Shown here one piece after another: positions 54,635-63,860 of a stretch of 64,000 nucleotides of DNA. Both the position numbers and the translations under genes were made by a program. Positions within the stretch are counted from its first letter, which is position 1; the number at the start of each line of letters is the position of its first letter. The stretch spans positions 9,297 to 73,296 of the forward strand of contig CAKMJZ010000001.1 in NCBI GenBank assembly GCA_927435855.1, given 5' to 3'. The stretch is from an uncultured Erysipelotrichaceae bacterium (lineage in GTDB: Bacteria > Bacillota_I > Bacilli_A > Erysipelotrichales > Erysipelotrichaceae). The notes beneath the pieces were generated by a model that worked only from the letters and a program-made list of their open reading frames with translations, was not told where the DNA came from and searched no databases.

Positions 54635-56751
54635 TTATGGATCCCCCTTAAGATATCTTCCGGTATAACCGGAATTTTTGTTATCTTACATTTGATTGCT
54701 TGCTGTATCGCACTTGCAAGTGCCGGAGCAACTCCTACTAAAGGCATCTCTCCCAACCCTCGAGCCCCAAAAGGTCCGATGGTTGATGGATTTTCAACCA
54801 ACTCACTCATGATGGGTGGAATATCTAGTGAAGACGGGATGATGTATGTGGTAAATGTATCCTGAGACAATTTCCCGTTTCTCGACTCTAAAACCTCCAT
54901 CAAGCTATAACCCAATCCTTGAACGATGCCACCTTCAATTTGACCTTGGACGATTTTTCTATCAATTGGTGTCCCTATATCAAAAACCGCCCAAATACCT
55001 TTGACATCCACTTGGTAAGTATCGGGATCAACCTCAACCTCCACAACATTGGCTCCCCAAGAATAATCTGGATAAGCATTGCCTTGAAAAGTTTTACTAT
55101 CCCAACTCAAATGAGACGGATATTGATAGTGATGGATGATTTCAACAGATTCTTCATCCCAACGCTTTTTGAGTTTTAGTGCACAATCTTGCAAAAGACG
55201 TCCGACGATCAACGTTGTTCTTGATGCTACCGTCGGACCAGAATCCGGACACTCAAGTGTATCAGGGTAGTGATGCGCAACTTGTGCTACAGGTATGTCT
55301 AAAACTTTTGCAACGATTTTTCGCATCGTCGTTAATGTTCCTTGACCGATTTCAGTACTTGAGATGAATAACTCGACTTCCTCTTTAACTTTCTTAAGTC
55401 TCACTGAAGGTTTTATTAAGTCAGATTCCCCAGCCCCTGTAAATCCACATCCGTGAAAAAATACAGAACAACCCACCCCTTTAAATTTGCTCGCATCGTT
55501 GTGAGTTCGCTTGTTCCTATAATCGGACATCTTTAACACTTTATCTGTTATTACATTCAATACGATTGGATCAAAAAACTCACCTGAAGTCGAAGACAAG
55601 TCGCCTTGTTTGAAGAAATATTTTCTCTTCAACTCAACTGAATCTAGGTTAAGCTGATTTGCTATGTTCTCCATGTGCATCTCAATGGCAAAGAATGCTT
55701 GTGGGCCGCCAAATCCACGAAAAGCTCCTGTTACCACATTGTTTGTGGCATATACCGTACCGCGAACTCGAAGATTCTCGATATCATACACACCTCCGAT
55801 CGAAAGAATGGAACGTTGCAACACGACACTCGACAATCCCGCATAAGCTCCTCCATCAAGTTTGACATACATATCACGCGCAATAATTGTACCGTTTTCA
55901 TCTAAGTAACTTTCAATGGTAATCAATGACGGGTGTCTTTTAGTTGTGCATTGGATATCTTCTTGTCTTTCAAAAACAAGTTGTACCGGATGCTTCGATT
56001 TGATGGAAGCCAATGCAGCATGTACTCCAGGAATTGACGGATAGTCTTCCTTTCCACCAAATGCACCTCCGGTTGGCATTTGAACCACGCGAATACGATC
56101 TTCCTCCCAGCCTAAAGCAACTTTTAATGCTTCTACAATGTAATAAGGACACTGCATTGAGCCATAGACGCTAATGGTATGCCCGTCATACTTAGCAACC
56201 ATCGATTGAGTTTCTAAGTAAGCCTGCTCCTGATATCCGGTGCGAAACTCATCTGAAATCACTTTTTTCGCTTTCTTGATGCATTTATCTAAATCCCCCT
56301 TCGAATATTCATATTTGACAAAATACGGCTGATTTTTGAAAATATAAGGTGCTTTTGCTTGTTCGGCTTCTTCAATGCTCAAAACCGGCTCTATGATTTC
56401 ATAGTCAATATGTATGCTATTAATGATTTTCTGGATAATCTCTTTTTTTTCACCAACAACAAGCAAAATTGGTTGACCAATGTAATTAACTTCATCCACC
56501 GCAAAAATCGGTTGATCGTCAAAGACAACTGGAATATAGTTTTGTGCGGGCACATCACGATGGTCCACAATAAAGTATCCCTGGGGTATTTCTGGTGTAA
56601 TGATGTTCTTGATTTTCGCCCTGGGAACTGTTGATCTCAATGTTTTTGCATAGAACATACATTCTAGATGATAATCGGAAGTATAAATAGCTTTTCCTTG
56701 AATTTTATCATCGAAATCAAAGCGTTTAATTGAATCACTGATTGCTTTCAT
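54631..56751 (-). CDS. Xanthine dehydrogenase-family molybdopterin-binding subunit
   Basis: GGAFGGKE, AYLETQS, TGAFRGFGGPQ and GARGLGEMP motifs. The LET Glu and FRGFG Arg are the positions used for purine binding in xanthine oxidoreductases. Confidence 0.9.
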   Translation of the reverse strand: MKAISDSIKRFDFDDKIQGKAIYTSDYHLECMFYAKTLRSTVPRAKIKNIITPEIPQGYFIVDHRDVPAQNYIPVVFDDQPIFAVDEVNYIGQPILLVVGEKKEIIQKIINSIHIDYEIIEPVLSIEEAEQAKAPYIFKNQPYFVKYEYSKGDLDKCIKKAKKVISDEFRTGYQEQAYLETQSMVAKYDGHTISVYGSMQCPYYIVEALKVALGWEEDRIRVVQMPTGGAFGGKEDYPSIPGVHAALASIKSKHPVQLVFERQEDIQCTTKRHPSLITIESYLDENGTIIARDMYVKLDGGAYAGLSSVVLQRSILSIGGVYDIENLRVRGTVYATNNVVTGAFRGFGGPQAFFAIEMHMENIANQLNLDSVELKRKYFFKQGDLSSTSGEFFDPIVLNVITDKVLKMSDYRNKRTHNDASKFKGVGCSVFFHGCGFTGAGESDLIKPSVRLKKVKEEVELFISSTEIGQGTLTTMRKIVAKVLDIPVAQVAHHYPDTLECPDSGPTVASRTTLIVGRLLQDCALKLKKRWDEESVEIIHHYQYPSHLSWDSKTFQGNAYPDYSWGANVVEVEVDPDTYQVDVKGIWAVFDIGTPIDRKIVQGQIEGGIVQGLGYSLMEVLESRNGKLSQDTFTTYIIPSSLDIPPIMSELVENPSTIGPFGARGLGEMPLVGVAPALASAIQQAIKCKITKIPVIPEDILRGIHK

Positions 56752-57331
56752 GTTTCCCCTCCTTTGTTTGAATATAACTCATTGCATTCTGATAGTCTTC
56801 AGGAGTGTCAATATCCATCAATACACCTGGACAGTCAACATTGACGATTTGATACGGATGCTGACTGATGAATTCTCGTAAAGTCGAATGTTCTTTACTG
56901 ATTATTGACTGAATGGCTGATACGCTGAATCGAACGGGATGACCCATCACCCCTTGATAAGACGGTATGACAATATCATCGTCATGGTCAGACATCGCCT
57001 TATACACCGAATCATCCACAAAAGGACAGTCGGCCGGCAACAAAAAGGCATGTTCACCTTTCATCTGGGAAAGTCCCGCGACGATAGATGAAAACATGCC
57101 TTGCTGATAATTCAAATTGAGATGTACTTCGGTGTTTTCAATGTCACGTATATGTGCACTGATTATATCACTGTGATATCCGGTTACAACGACTATTCGC
57201 GAAACAAATGGCAACATCGAAAATATGCTCCTTCTTAAAATAGATTGACCATTCAGTTCAAGCAGGAGTTTAAGATGAGGGGTCATTCGTTTTGATTGTC
57301 CGGCAGCTACAATCACACCTGCTGTACACAT
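56735..57331 (-). CDS. MobA/MocA-like molybdenum cofactor nucleotidyltransferase
   Basis: VIVAAGQSKRM NTP-transferase motif. Start set at MCTAGV (AAGGAGGA RBS). Confidence 0.75.
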   Translation of the reverse strand: MCTAGVIVAAGQSKRMTPHLKLLLELNGQSILRRSIFSMLPFVSRIVVVTGYHSDIISAHIRDIENTEVHLNLNYQQGMFSSIVAGLSQMKGEHAFLLPADCPFVDDSVYKAMSDHDDDIVIPSYQGVMGHPVRFSVSAIQSIISKEHSTLREFISQHPYQIVNVDCPGVLMDIDTPEDYQNAMSYIQTKEGKHESNQ

Positions 57332-57429
57332 ATACGCTCCTCCTTTGTGTTGAGGGAATGTGTGGACAAAAAACGCACGCAAACGGGTGCTACCTTTACA
57401 TTTATGATTTTTCTTTTTTGGTTAATCTT

Positions 57430-57458
57430 ATTATATTCCTGTTACATAAAAATAACAA
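57430..57458 (-). promoter_or_regulatory. Candidate sigma-A promoter of the molybdoenzyme operon
   Basis: Minus strand: TTGTTA-17 nt-TATAAT, about 100 nt upstream of the mocA-like start. Confidence 0.55.
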
Positions 57459-57493
57459 TGAACCTTTAATAGTTACCAGTTACACAAAATAAG

Positions 57494-58351
57494 TCATGCG
57501 ATTAGGAGTGCATTTCTAAAGTACAGCGTTTCAGCGCTGAAGGTATCGAAGTCATCCAGGTTACCAGATTCGAAACCTTTCTTAAACCATCGAACTCTTT
57601 GTTCAGATGTACCATGAGTAAAGTTGTCGGGGTTTACTCTTCCTTGACTTTGCTCTTGTATTCTGTCATCACCAACAGCACCTGCTGCGGTAATGGCTTC
57701 TTGTAAATCGCCTTCTTCAAGATATCCCATACCTTGAATATGGTGTGCCCAAACACCAGCCAGATAGTCTGCTTGTAATTCGAGTCGGACCGAGAGTTCA
57801 TTAAATTCAATTGTGCTTACTTGAGATCGCAAATCATAAAACTTTTCCAATATACCCAATTGATATTGAATGTGGTGTCCAACTTCATGAGCGATTACAT
57901 AAGCCATCGCAAAATCACCTGGAGCATTAAATCGGGTCTTTAGATCTTTATAGAAAATCAAATCAATATAAATCGTTTGATCGATCGAACAATAGAACGG
58001 ACCGACATTTGAAGATGCGGTTCCACAACCCGAATCCGTGGTATTTCTATACAAAACCAATTTAGCCGGTTGGTAGACCTCGTCGTATTCTGCGAATACT
58101 TTCCTCCATACAACTTCTGTGTCAGCCAATATAACTGAAACAAAGTCTCCCATCTCGACTTCTTCAGCGGTTAGAGGCTCATTATTGTTTGACCCTCCGT
58201 TAAAAAGATTGCCTAGAAGTGCACTGGGATCTCCTGTGATTAGCGTGTAAATAAGTAAAACTGCAATTCCGACGCCGCCGATAGCTGTTTTACTGCCACC
58301 AATACGACGATCGCTTACATTTCCACTTTTTGTTCTGCCCTTCCATTTCAT
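57494..58351 (-). CDS. YpfJ-family neutral zinc metallopeptidase
   Basis: N-terminal MKWKGR..S.NV.DRR plus a TM helix. HEVGHH zinc motif. Confidence 0.85.
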   Translation of the reverse strand: MKWKGRTKSGNVSDRRIGGSKTAIGGVGIAVLLIYTLITGDPSALLGNLFNGGSNNNEPLTAEEVEMGDFVSVILADTEVVWRKVFAEYDEVYQPAKLVLYRNTTDSGCGTASSNVGPFYCSIDQTIYIDLIFYKDLKTRFNAPGDFAMAYVIAHEVGHHIQYQLGILEKFYDLRSQVSTIEFNELSVRLELQADYLAGVWAHHIQGMGYLEEGDLQEAITAAGAVGDDRIQEQSQGRVNPDNFTHGTSEQRVRWFKKGFESGNLDDFDTFSAETLYFRNALLIA

Positions 58352-58443
58352 GGCAAAAAGCCTCCTTGAACATTGTATGCTCTATAGGCTTATTATATCA
58401 CTTATACCTTAGTCAAAGACTTTTTATCTGTTTAAACACCGAT

Positions 58444-59484
58444 TCAACGGTCATTACACTTGATTGAAACGATTTCCCTCAAAATTTGAAGGTCATACAT
58501 CCTATGCTTTAGTGACTCGACATCAGAAATTTCAATGTCTTCGGACTCAAAATATCTGGCAATTTTCAATAAAATTCTCTTATACAACGGGTCTTGGTTA
58601 CTACCATCCTTAAGATTTGCGAGGGAATGAAAATATAAAAGAATTAATGTCGGAATAAATTCGAAACATGACGTTTCGATCCAAAAATCTACTTTCTTTA
58701 AAGGTGGATTATATTGTTCTAGTAGCTTTTCAATTATCAGAAACCCATCATCACCCGATTTCCATATATCAACAAATACATAATCAAACTGTTCAATAAA
58801 TGTTTTGTTGAAATAGTCGAATGCATCCCCTTCAATAATTCTGACTTTATCTTTGTTGGGAAATTGGGGCAGGATGAACTGTTTGAACATAGCGATTACA
58901 CTTGCGGATCTTTCTATTATTGTTACCGAATGTACTTTCGGATTAAGTAAGGACATAAACGCAAAGTAACCGATTCCCATTCCAAAAGTCAAAACATGAC
59001 CTTGAGCCTTTTTTGCATAGGGATCCATCGTATTGGATTCCGATGGTGCATCCAACATCCACACATCATCCCCTTGCCATAAAACCGCAGCCGGATATGG
59101 CTGATCTAGTGCGCGCAGTTGCATCCAATCATTGATCTCACGGTTTTGATCGAAGATGATTCCCGAGACATTGAACAATTGATTAGATGGTAATATTTCT
59201 GTAGAAAAGCGGAAATCCTCATTTTCAATCATACTTAACTTAATCGTGGAATTGTAGGCACTTTGAATAGCATCTAAAGAGCGAATGAAGAGTGAAGGCC
59301 ATTGTTCTTTTTGTTGCATGAATTCCTGAAAACCGGATCTTCCCATTTGTTCTTGAAGGAATCGCTCGTTTTTCTTAGAGACTTTCGCACCTAAAAAGCG
59401 ATTCTTGTCCTCTTTTTTAAGGTTGTCCAAACACCTCTTAAAAAAACTGTCTATTTCAGGGGTTCTTTGTATTTTCACATGCAT
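58444..59484 (-). CDS. Spermidine-synthase-like methyltransferase-fold protein
   Basis: VLTFGMGIGY...VTIIE...IEGDAFDYF...DYVFVDIW follows the SpeE-type motif order. Confidence 0.5.
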   Translation of the reverse strand: MHVKIQRTPEIDSFFKRCLDNLKKEDKNRFLGAKVSKKNERFLQEQMGRSGFQEFMQQKEQWPSLFIRSLDAIQSAYNSTIKLSMIENEDFRFSTEILPSNQLFNVSGIIFDQNREINDWMQLRALDQPYPAAVLWQGDDVWMLDAPSESNTMDPYAKKAQGHVLTFGMGIGYFAFMSLLNPKVHSVTIIERSASVIAMFKQFILPQFPNKDKVRIIEGDAFDYFNKTFIEQFDYVFVDIWKSGDDGFLIIEKLLEQYNPPLKKVDFWIETSCFEFIPTLILLYFHSLANLKDGSNQDPLYKRILLKIARYFESEDIEISDVESLKHRMYDLQILREIVSIKCNDR

Positions 59485-59597
59485 TCCTCACAGTCTTTTG
59501 TTTATTGTAACATATTCACGTTGAGGTTATATCTGCTTAGCGAAAATCGTCTTAGTATAAAAAAAGATCCGACATTGTCGGATCTTCGTTCTATTTA

Positions 59598-60518
59598 CTA
59601 CTTGTATGACGCGATAAATTCATCAACTTCTTTGTCTGTTGGTAAGGAAGGCTGTGCACCTACTTTTAAAGTGCTCAATGCTCCAACCGCATTTGCATAA
59701 CGGGCAGAAGCAACGATATCTTTAGTCTCAGCATATTTTTTGGCCAATGCTCCAGTAAATGCATCTCCGGCAGCCGTTGGATCAAGAGCAACCACTTTAA
59801 ATGGCGGAACCAATTCATCAATGCCTTCTCCGAAAATGTATGAGCCGCGATCACCTAATTTCAAGGCGACAAACTTACAATCATTGCGTTGTTGCAATAT
59901 TTTAGCGGCGGATCTGCAAGTTTCCAAATCTGCTGGATAAATACCAGTCAATGCTTTGGTTTCTGTTTCATTTGGTGATAAAATCGTTAAGCCTTTTAAT
60001 TTTTCTAGTGGATATTCCTGAGCAGGGCCAGCATCCAATACAGTAATGACACCTTTTTCTTGTGCCAGTTTAACAGCCGCAATATTTGCCTCAAGCGGAA
60101 TTTCCAATTGTAATAATAATGCATCAAAGTCTTCTTCAAATACTTCTTCCAAACCTTCCGGAGTGGTTTCCATATTAGCACCTGGACAGATGACCAAGCG
60201 GTTTTTCCCGCCTTTTTCCAAGAAGATAACTACGAATCCACTGTGAGAACCTTCTTTCAACTTTAGGTTTTTTGTGTTGATGCCTTCACTGGAAAGCATA
60301 TCTACCAAAACATCTCCATTACCATCTTTTCCTAATGTACCAAAAACTGAAACCTTAGCACCTAGGCGTGATGCAGCGACGGCAGCATTTGAGCCCTTGC
60401 CTCCACAGGCATTCCCATAGATTTCGCCCAAAACACTTTCGCTCAATTCCGGGGCTCTGTCCATAGTTAAAATAAGATCCATCATTACACTACCAACCAT
60501 TAGAATTTTTGTTTGCAT
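59598..60518 (-). CDS. rbsK: Ribokinase/PfkB-family sugar kinase
   Basis: GGKGSNAA and DPTAAGDAFTGA motifs. Start set at MQTKIL (AAGGAGG RBS). Confidence 0.8.
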   Translation of the reverse strand: MQTKILMVGSVMMDLILTMDRAPELSESVLGEIYGNACGGKGSNAAVAASRLGAKVSVFGTLGKDGNGDVLVDMLSSEGINTKNLKLKEGSHSGFVVIFLEKGGKNRLVICPGANMETTPEGLEEVFEEDFDALLLQLEIPLEANIAAVKLAQEKGVITVLDAGPAQEYPLEKLKGLTILSPNETETKALTGIYPADLETCRSAAKILQQRNDCKFVALKLGDRGSYIFGEGIDELVPPFKVVALDPTAAGDAFTGALAKKYAETKDIVASARYANAVGALSTLKVGAQPSLPTDKEVDEFIASYK

Positions 60519-60703
60519 TTCATTGCCTCCTTTGACAATTCGGTAATTTAATACTAGCACTCCCTTATCCGAAAAACAATGAAATTCGATTGATATTTTC
60601 ACAAGTTAGCATAAGATTCTGTTAACAAACATTAATCTCTTGCATGCTACTATCATGCGTGTTGGGTGGTATCTTGCTTAACTTCAGGCATATGTGTAGA
60701 TAT

Positions 60704-60721
60704 TATTTCGAATTCGAAATA
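60704..60721. promoter_or_regulatory. 18-bp perfect palindrome, likely MarR operator
   Basis: TATTTCGAATTCGAAATA, 30 nt upstream of the dioxygenase-MarR operon start. Confidence 0.55.
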
Positions 60722-60751
60722 TAATTACGATAACAACAAAGGAGATTATTT

Positions 60752-61741
60752 ATGAATCAACTAAAAGGTATCCATCATGTCACTGCCATCACAAGCAGTG
60801 CTGAGAAAAACTATGAATTTTTCACAAATATATTAGGAATGAGATTGGTGAAGAAAACGGTCAATCAAGATGATATCAATACTTATCACCTGTTTTTTGC
60901 GGATGATCGCGGAAGTGCCGGAACTGATGTAACATTCTTTGATTTTCAAGGATCCGCAAAAGCTGTAAAGGGAAACAATGAGATTTCAAGAATTGGTTTG
61001 CGTGTCAAAGACGATGCTTCACTTGAATATTGGGTCAAGCGTTTTAATCACTACGAAGTTAAACACGAGGGAATTGTGGGCTTTCTTGGAAAAAAAGTCC
61101 TATTCTTTGAGGATTTTGATGATCAGGAATATGCATTATTCTCAGATGAGAACAATGTCGGAATAGGTTCGGGAACCCCTTGGCTTAACGGACCTGTACC
61201 CGTAGAATTCGGGATTACCGGACTGGGTCCGATTTTCTTTCGAGTGAACAATATTGAACGCATGGACTTAATTTTAAAGGAAGTCATGATGATGCACTTC
61301 ACTTCAAATGAAGGAGCTTATCATTTATATGAAATGGGTGATGGAGGTAATGGTGCCAGTGTCATCCTTGATCTTCAGTCTTCCTTGCGCTCTGCTCTTC
61401 AAGGATACGGTGGTGTACATCACGTAGCCTTCAGAATTGAAGACAAAGTGGAATTGGACCAATGGATCGAACGTCTAAACTCTTTTAAAGCTGGGCACTC
61501 AGGATTTGTCGATCGTTTCTACTTTAAATCTTTATATACACGTCTGTATCCGGGAATTTTGTTTGAATTTGCCACGGAAGGTCCCGGGTTTATCGATGAT
61601 GAAGAACCGTATGAAACATTGGGTGAATTATTAGCGTTACCTCCGAAATTCAGAGGTCGACGTGATTATATAGAGTCTATTGTCCGTCCGATTGATACTG
61701 TTCGAAGTACGAAAGTATTTGAGAAGGAGTATTTTGAGTGA
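60752..61741 (+). CDS. VOC-superfamily ring-cleaving dioxygenase (MhqA/MhqO-like)
   Basis: N-terminus GIHHVTAITSSAEKNYEFFTNILGMRLVKKTVNQDD..TYHLFF, as in the B. subtilis Mhq dioxygenases. Two glyoxalase-type halves. Confidence 0.82.
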   Translation: MNQLKGIHHVTAITSSAEKNYEFFTNILGMRLVKKTVNQDDINTYHLFFADDRGSAGTDVTFFDFQGSAKAVKGNNEISRIGLRVKDDASLEYWVKRFNHYEVKHEGIVGFLGKKVLFFEDFDDQEYALFSDENNVGIGSGTPWLNGPVPVEFGITGLGPIFFRVNNIERMDLILKEVMMMHFTSNEGAYHLYEMGDGGNGASVILDLQSSLRSALQGYGGVHHVAFRIEDKVELDQWIERLNSFKAGHSGFVDRFYFKSLYTRLYPGILFEFATEGPGFIDDEEPYETLGELLALPPKFRGRRDYIESIVRPIDTVRSTKVFEKEYFE

Positions 61742-62151
61742 ATAAGGATCTAAAAACACTAACCATCTTGTTTCGGGCAACAAATTTCATTGAAGAAACT
61801 ATCAAGAATGATGTATCAAAGTATGGACTAAATTTGTCGGAGTTTGGAGCTCTTGAGGTCTTGTATCATAAAGGCCCCCTGCCTGTACAATCAATCTGCG
61901 AGAAAGTACTTATTGCAAATTCTAGTATGAGTTATGTTATTGAGAATCTGATTAAAAAAGAATTGATTGAGAAAGTGAAAGACGAAAACGACAGACGCAT
62001 ACACATCGTCCACTTGAGTAAAAAGGGTAAAAAGCTATTTGATGATGTATATCCCAAGCATCTAGAACATATGAGATCGGTAATTAATATTCTTGATGAG
62101 AGTGAAGAAAAAGAGTTGCAGAGTCTGTTGAAGAAACTTGGTAAACGATAA
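61738..62151 (+). CDS. MarR-family transcriptional regulator (MhqR-like context)
   Basis: GTG start overlapping the upstream stop. wHTH (LSEFGALEVLYHKGPLPVQSICEKV...DRR). 137 aa. Confidence 0.8.
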   Translation: MNKDLKTLTILFRATNFIEETIKNDVSKYGLNLSEFGALEVLYHKGPLPVQSICEKVLIANSSMSYVIENLIKKELIEKVKDENDRRIHIVHLSKKGKKLFDDVYPKHLEHMRSVINILDESEEKELQSLLKKLGKR

Positions 62152-62153
62152 GT

Positions 62154-62173
62154 AAGGGCGAGAGCCCTTTTCT
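62154..62173 (+). terminator. Rho-independent terminator
   Basis: aagggc-gaga-gccctt hairpin followed by TTCT. Confidence 0.6.
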
Positions 62174-62177
62174 GTTG

Positions 62178-62198
62178 AAAAAAAGGGCTTTCGCCCTT
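62178..62198 (-). terminator. Rho-independent terminator of the lipoprotein gene
   Basis: Minus strand: aagggc-gaaa-gccctt followed by TTTTTTT. Confidence 0.7.
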
Positions 62199-62203
62199 AA
62201 TGT

Positions 62204-62650
62204 CTATTCGATGTTGAATTCTCCGAAAGCCAGTACATCACCGTGCTCGGACATCATTTTCTTCTCGTAACGATAGAATCCTTTTGGAAGCTGATTATAG
62301 TAGAATGATAAGTCCAATCCACCATCGATCGTTTCACCAGGGTTGAGATTGTAAGCAATCATGATAAAGGCCATTTCTTCCTTCATTTCGACTTCTACCC
62401 ACTTTGCTCCGTCATATTGAAACAAGGTGAACATCAAACCGTAAGTATACACATTCTGAGTATTATTCTTAATCGTAAACACTAGCGGTACAGTTTGATC
62501 GGTAATAACGATATTCTCAAATTCCAAGTATACTGGCATAATACGATCACCATCCGCTAATTCAGAATTGTTCAGGTTGCCTGCAGCAGTTGTACAACCA
62601 GTAAGCACAAGCAATATAGATAACATGGCAATTAATGTTTTGAGTTTCAT
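62204..62650 (-). CDS. Hypothetical lipoprotein (Ig-like/beta-sandwich guess)
   Basis: Lipobox LVLTGC. 148 aa. No diagnostic motif. Confidence 0.5.
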   Translation of the reverse strand: MKLKTLIAMLSILLVLTGCTTAAGNLNNSELADGDRIMPVYLEFENIVITDQTVPLVFTIKNNTQNVYTYGLMFTLFQYDGAKWVEVEMKEEMAFIMIAYNLNPGETIDGGLDLSFYYNQLPKGFYRYEKKMMSEHGDVLAFGEFNIE

Positions 62651-62871
62651 AGAATCTCTCCTTTGATATTAATTATAGGTCAAGCTTGTGTAATTTCCAT
62701 AATTCTATGACAAGATGCATTTGGATGAGAGCAAGTTGCTAGCAACTACTGCTATATACTTAATTATAACATCACAGGATACTATTTAGCACATAGTCAT
62801 TAGTTAAAAAATATTACGTATTTAAATTTAGACTATAATCGAAACATAAGTAAAATATGAAATTTTCTAAG

Positions 62872-62892
62872 AAAAAAAGCACTTCAGTGCTT
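62872..62892 (-). terminator. Rho-independent terminator after tRNA-Leu
   Basis: Minus strand: aagcac-tgaa-gtgctt followed by TTTTTTT. Confidence 0.75.
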
Positions 62893-62901
62893 CAAATTCA
62901 A

Positions 62902-62984
62902 TGGTGCGCGTGAAGGGACTCGAACCCCCAAGGTTGCCCGCTAGATCCTAAGTCTAGTGCGTCTGCCAATTTCGCCACACGCGC
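62902..62984 (-). tRNA. tRNA-Leu (anticodon UAG), CCA encoded
   Basis: Minus strand: GCGCGTG acceptor stem pairing with CACGCGC-A-CCA. Anticodon stem-loop CTAGA-CTTAGGA-TCTAG. Long variable arm. GGTTCGAGTCC T-loop. 83 nt. Confidence 0.93.
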
Positions 62985-63020
62985 AATGCCAGTTTATTAT
63001 AACAACAACCGGCGTCAAAA

Positions 63021-63785
63021 TCAAGACTTCACTTCATCTTGATTCATGACAAAACGAAGCGCATCCGCAACTGTTTCAAAACATTGTGAAGCCACTTCTT
63101 TAACCGCGTCTTCACCACTGCACATTGCAAATCCATTAAATCCCTTAATCATCGGAATATCATTGAAAGAATCACCAATCGTGTAAATCGGACCATCAAA
63201 TTCATAGTAATCATTAATGTGAAATAATCCTGATTTCTTGGTGACTCCATAAGAAACAACATCTACCCCGTCGTAAAAAGGATAGGCTTTGATGATTCCG
63301 TTATATTTCTCATTCCAAAGGTTCGCATAATAATGAGATAAACCTTCCTGATTAAACTTAACGAAAATACCGACAGCCGTCTTCTCTTTAATAATATCCT
63401 TAATGTCGATTAGCTGATCCACAAAATCTTGTGTATAGGTTGCATCATGTAACCCAAACTTATATCCATCACTGATTCCGTAAAATGCGACTTTATCCTG
63501 AGGAATACTATTGACGATTTCCATACAAATCTCAAAATCCATAAGTTGGTAAAACAATTCCTCACGATGTTGATTCATCACGATACTGCCATTATTCCCT
63601 ACTAAAAAATCTACCGGAACCCCATATTTCTCAATTTCCGAAATTATTGATCCAATCGAACGACCTGTCGCAATACCAAAAAGGTTTCCCTCGTTGCGAA
63701 ACTTATGTATCATATCCAATGTATCTTTAGAGACCTCACCATTTAGATGCAATGTCCCATCATAATCTGAAGCAAACAATTTCAT
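63021..63785 (-). CDS. Cof-type HAD-IIB phosphatase
   Basis: DYDGTL motif I at the revised start MKLFASDYDGTL, plus GDSFNDIPM motif IV. Confidence 0.85.
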   Translation of the reverse strand: MKLFASDYDGTLHLNGEVSKDTLDMIHKFRNEGNLFGIATGRSIGSIISEIEKYGVPVDFLVGNNGSIVMNQHREELFYQLMDFEICMEIVNSIPQDKVAFYGISDGYKFGLHDATYTQDFVDQLIDIKDIIKEKTAVGIFVKFNQEGLSHYYANLWNEKYNGIIKAYPFYDGVDVVSYGVTKKSGLFHINDYYEFDGPIYTIGDSFNDIPMIKGFNGFAMCSGEDAVKEVASQCFETVADALRFVMNQDEVKS

Positions 63786-63832
63786 AACATCACTTCCTCG
63801 CCCTCTATTGTACACCATAAGTTCAAAAACAC

Positions 63833-63860
63833 CAAAAGAAAAGCAGATGTCACCATCTGC
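63833..63860 (-). terminator. Rho-independent terminator
   Basis: Minus strand: gcagatg-gtga-catctgc followed by TTTTCTTTT. Confidence 0.65.

Noticed and set aside
57383-57429. Possible Moco or purine riboswitch in the molybdoenzyme operon leader
   Set aside because: The leader is only about 100 nt long. It lacks the conserved purine-aptamer loops seen at 50690-50760, and I could not find the Moco-motif architecture. Only a weak 4-bp GC hairpin is present.
62902-62984. tRNA-Leu as a possible genomic-island integration site
   Set aside because: There is no integrase, no direct repeat of the tRNA 3' end and no mobility gene nearby. The flanking genes are ordinary housekeeping genes.
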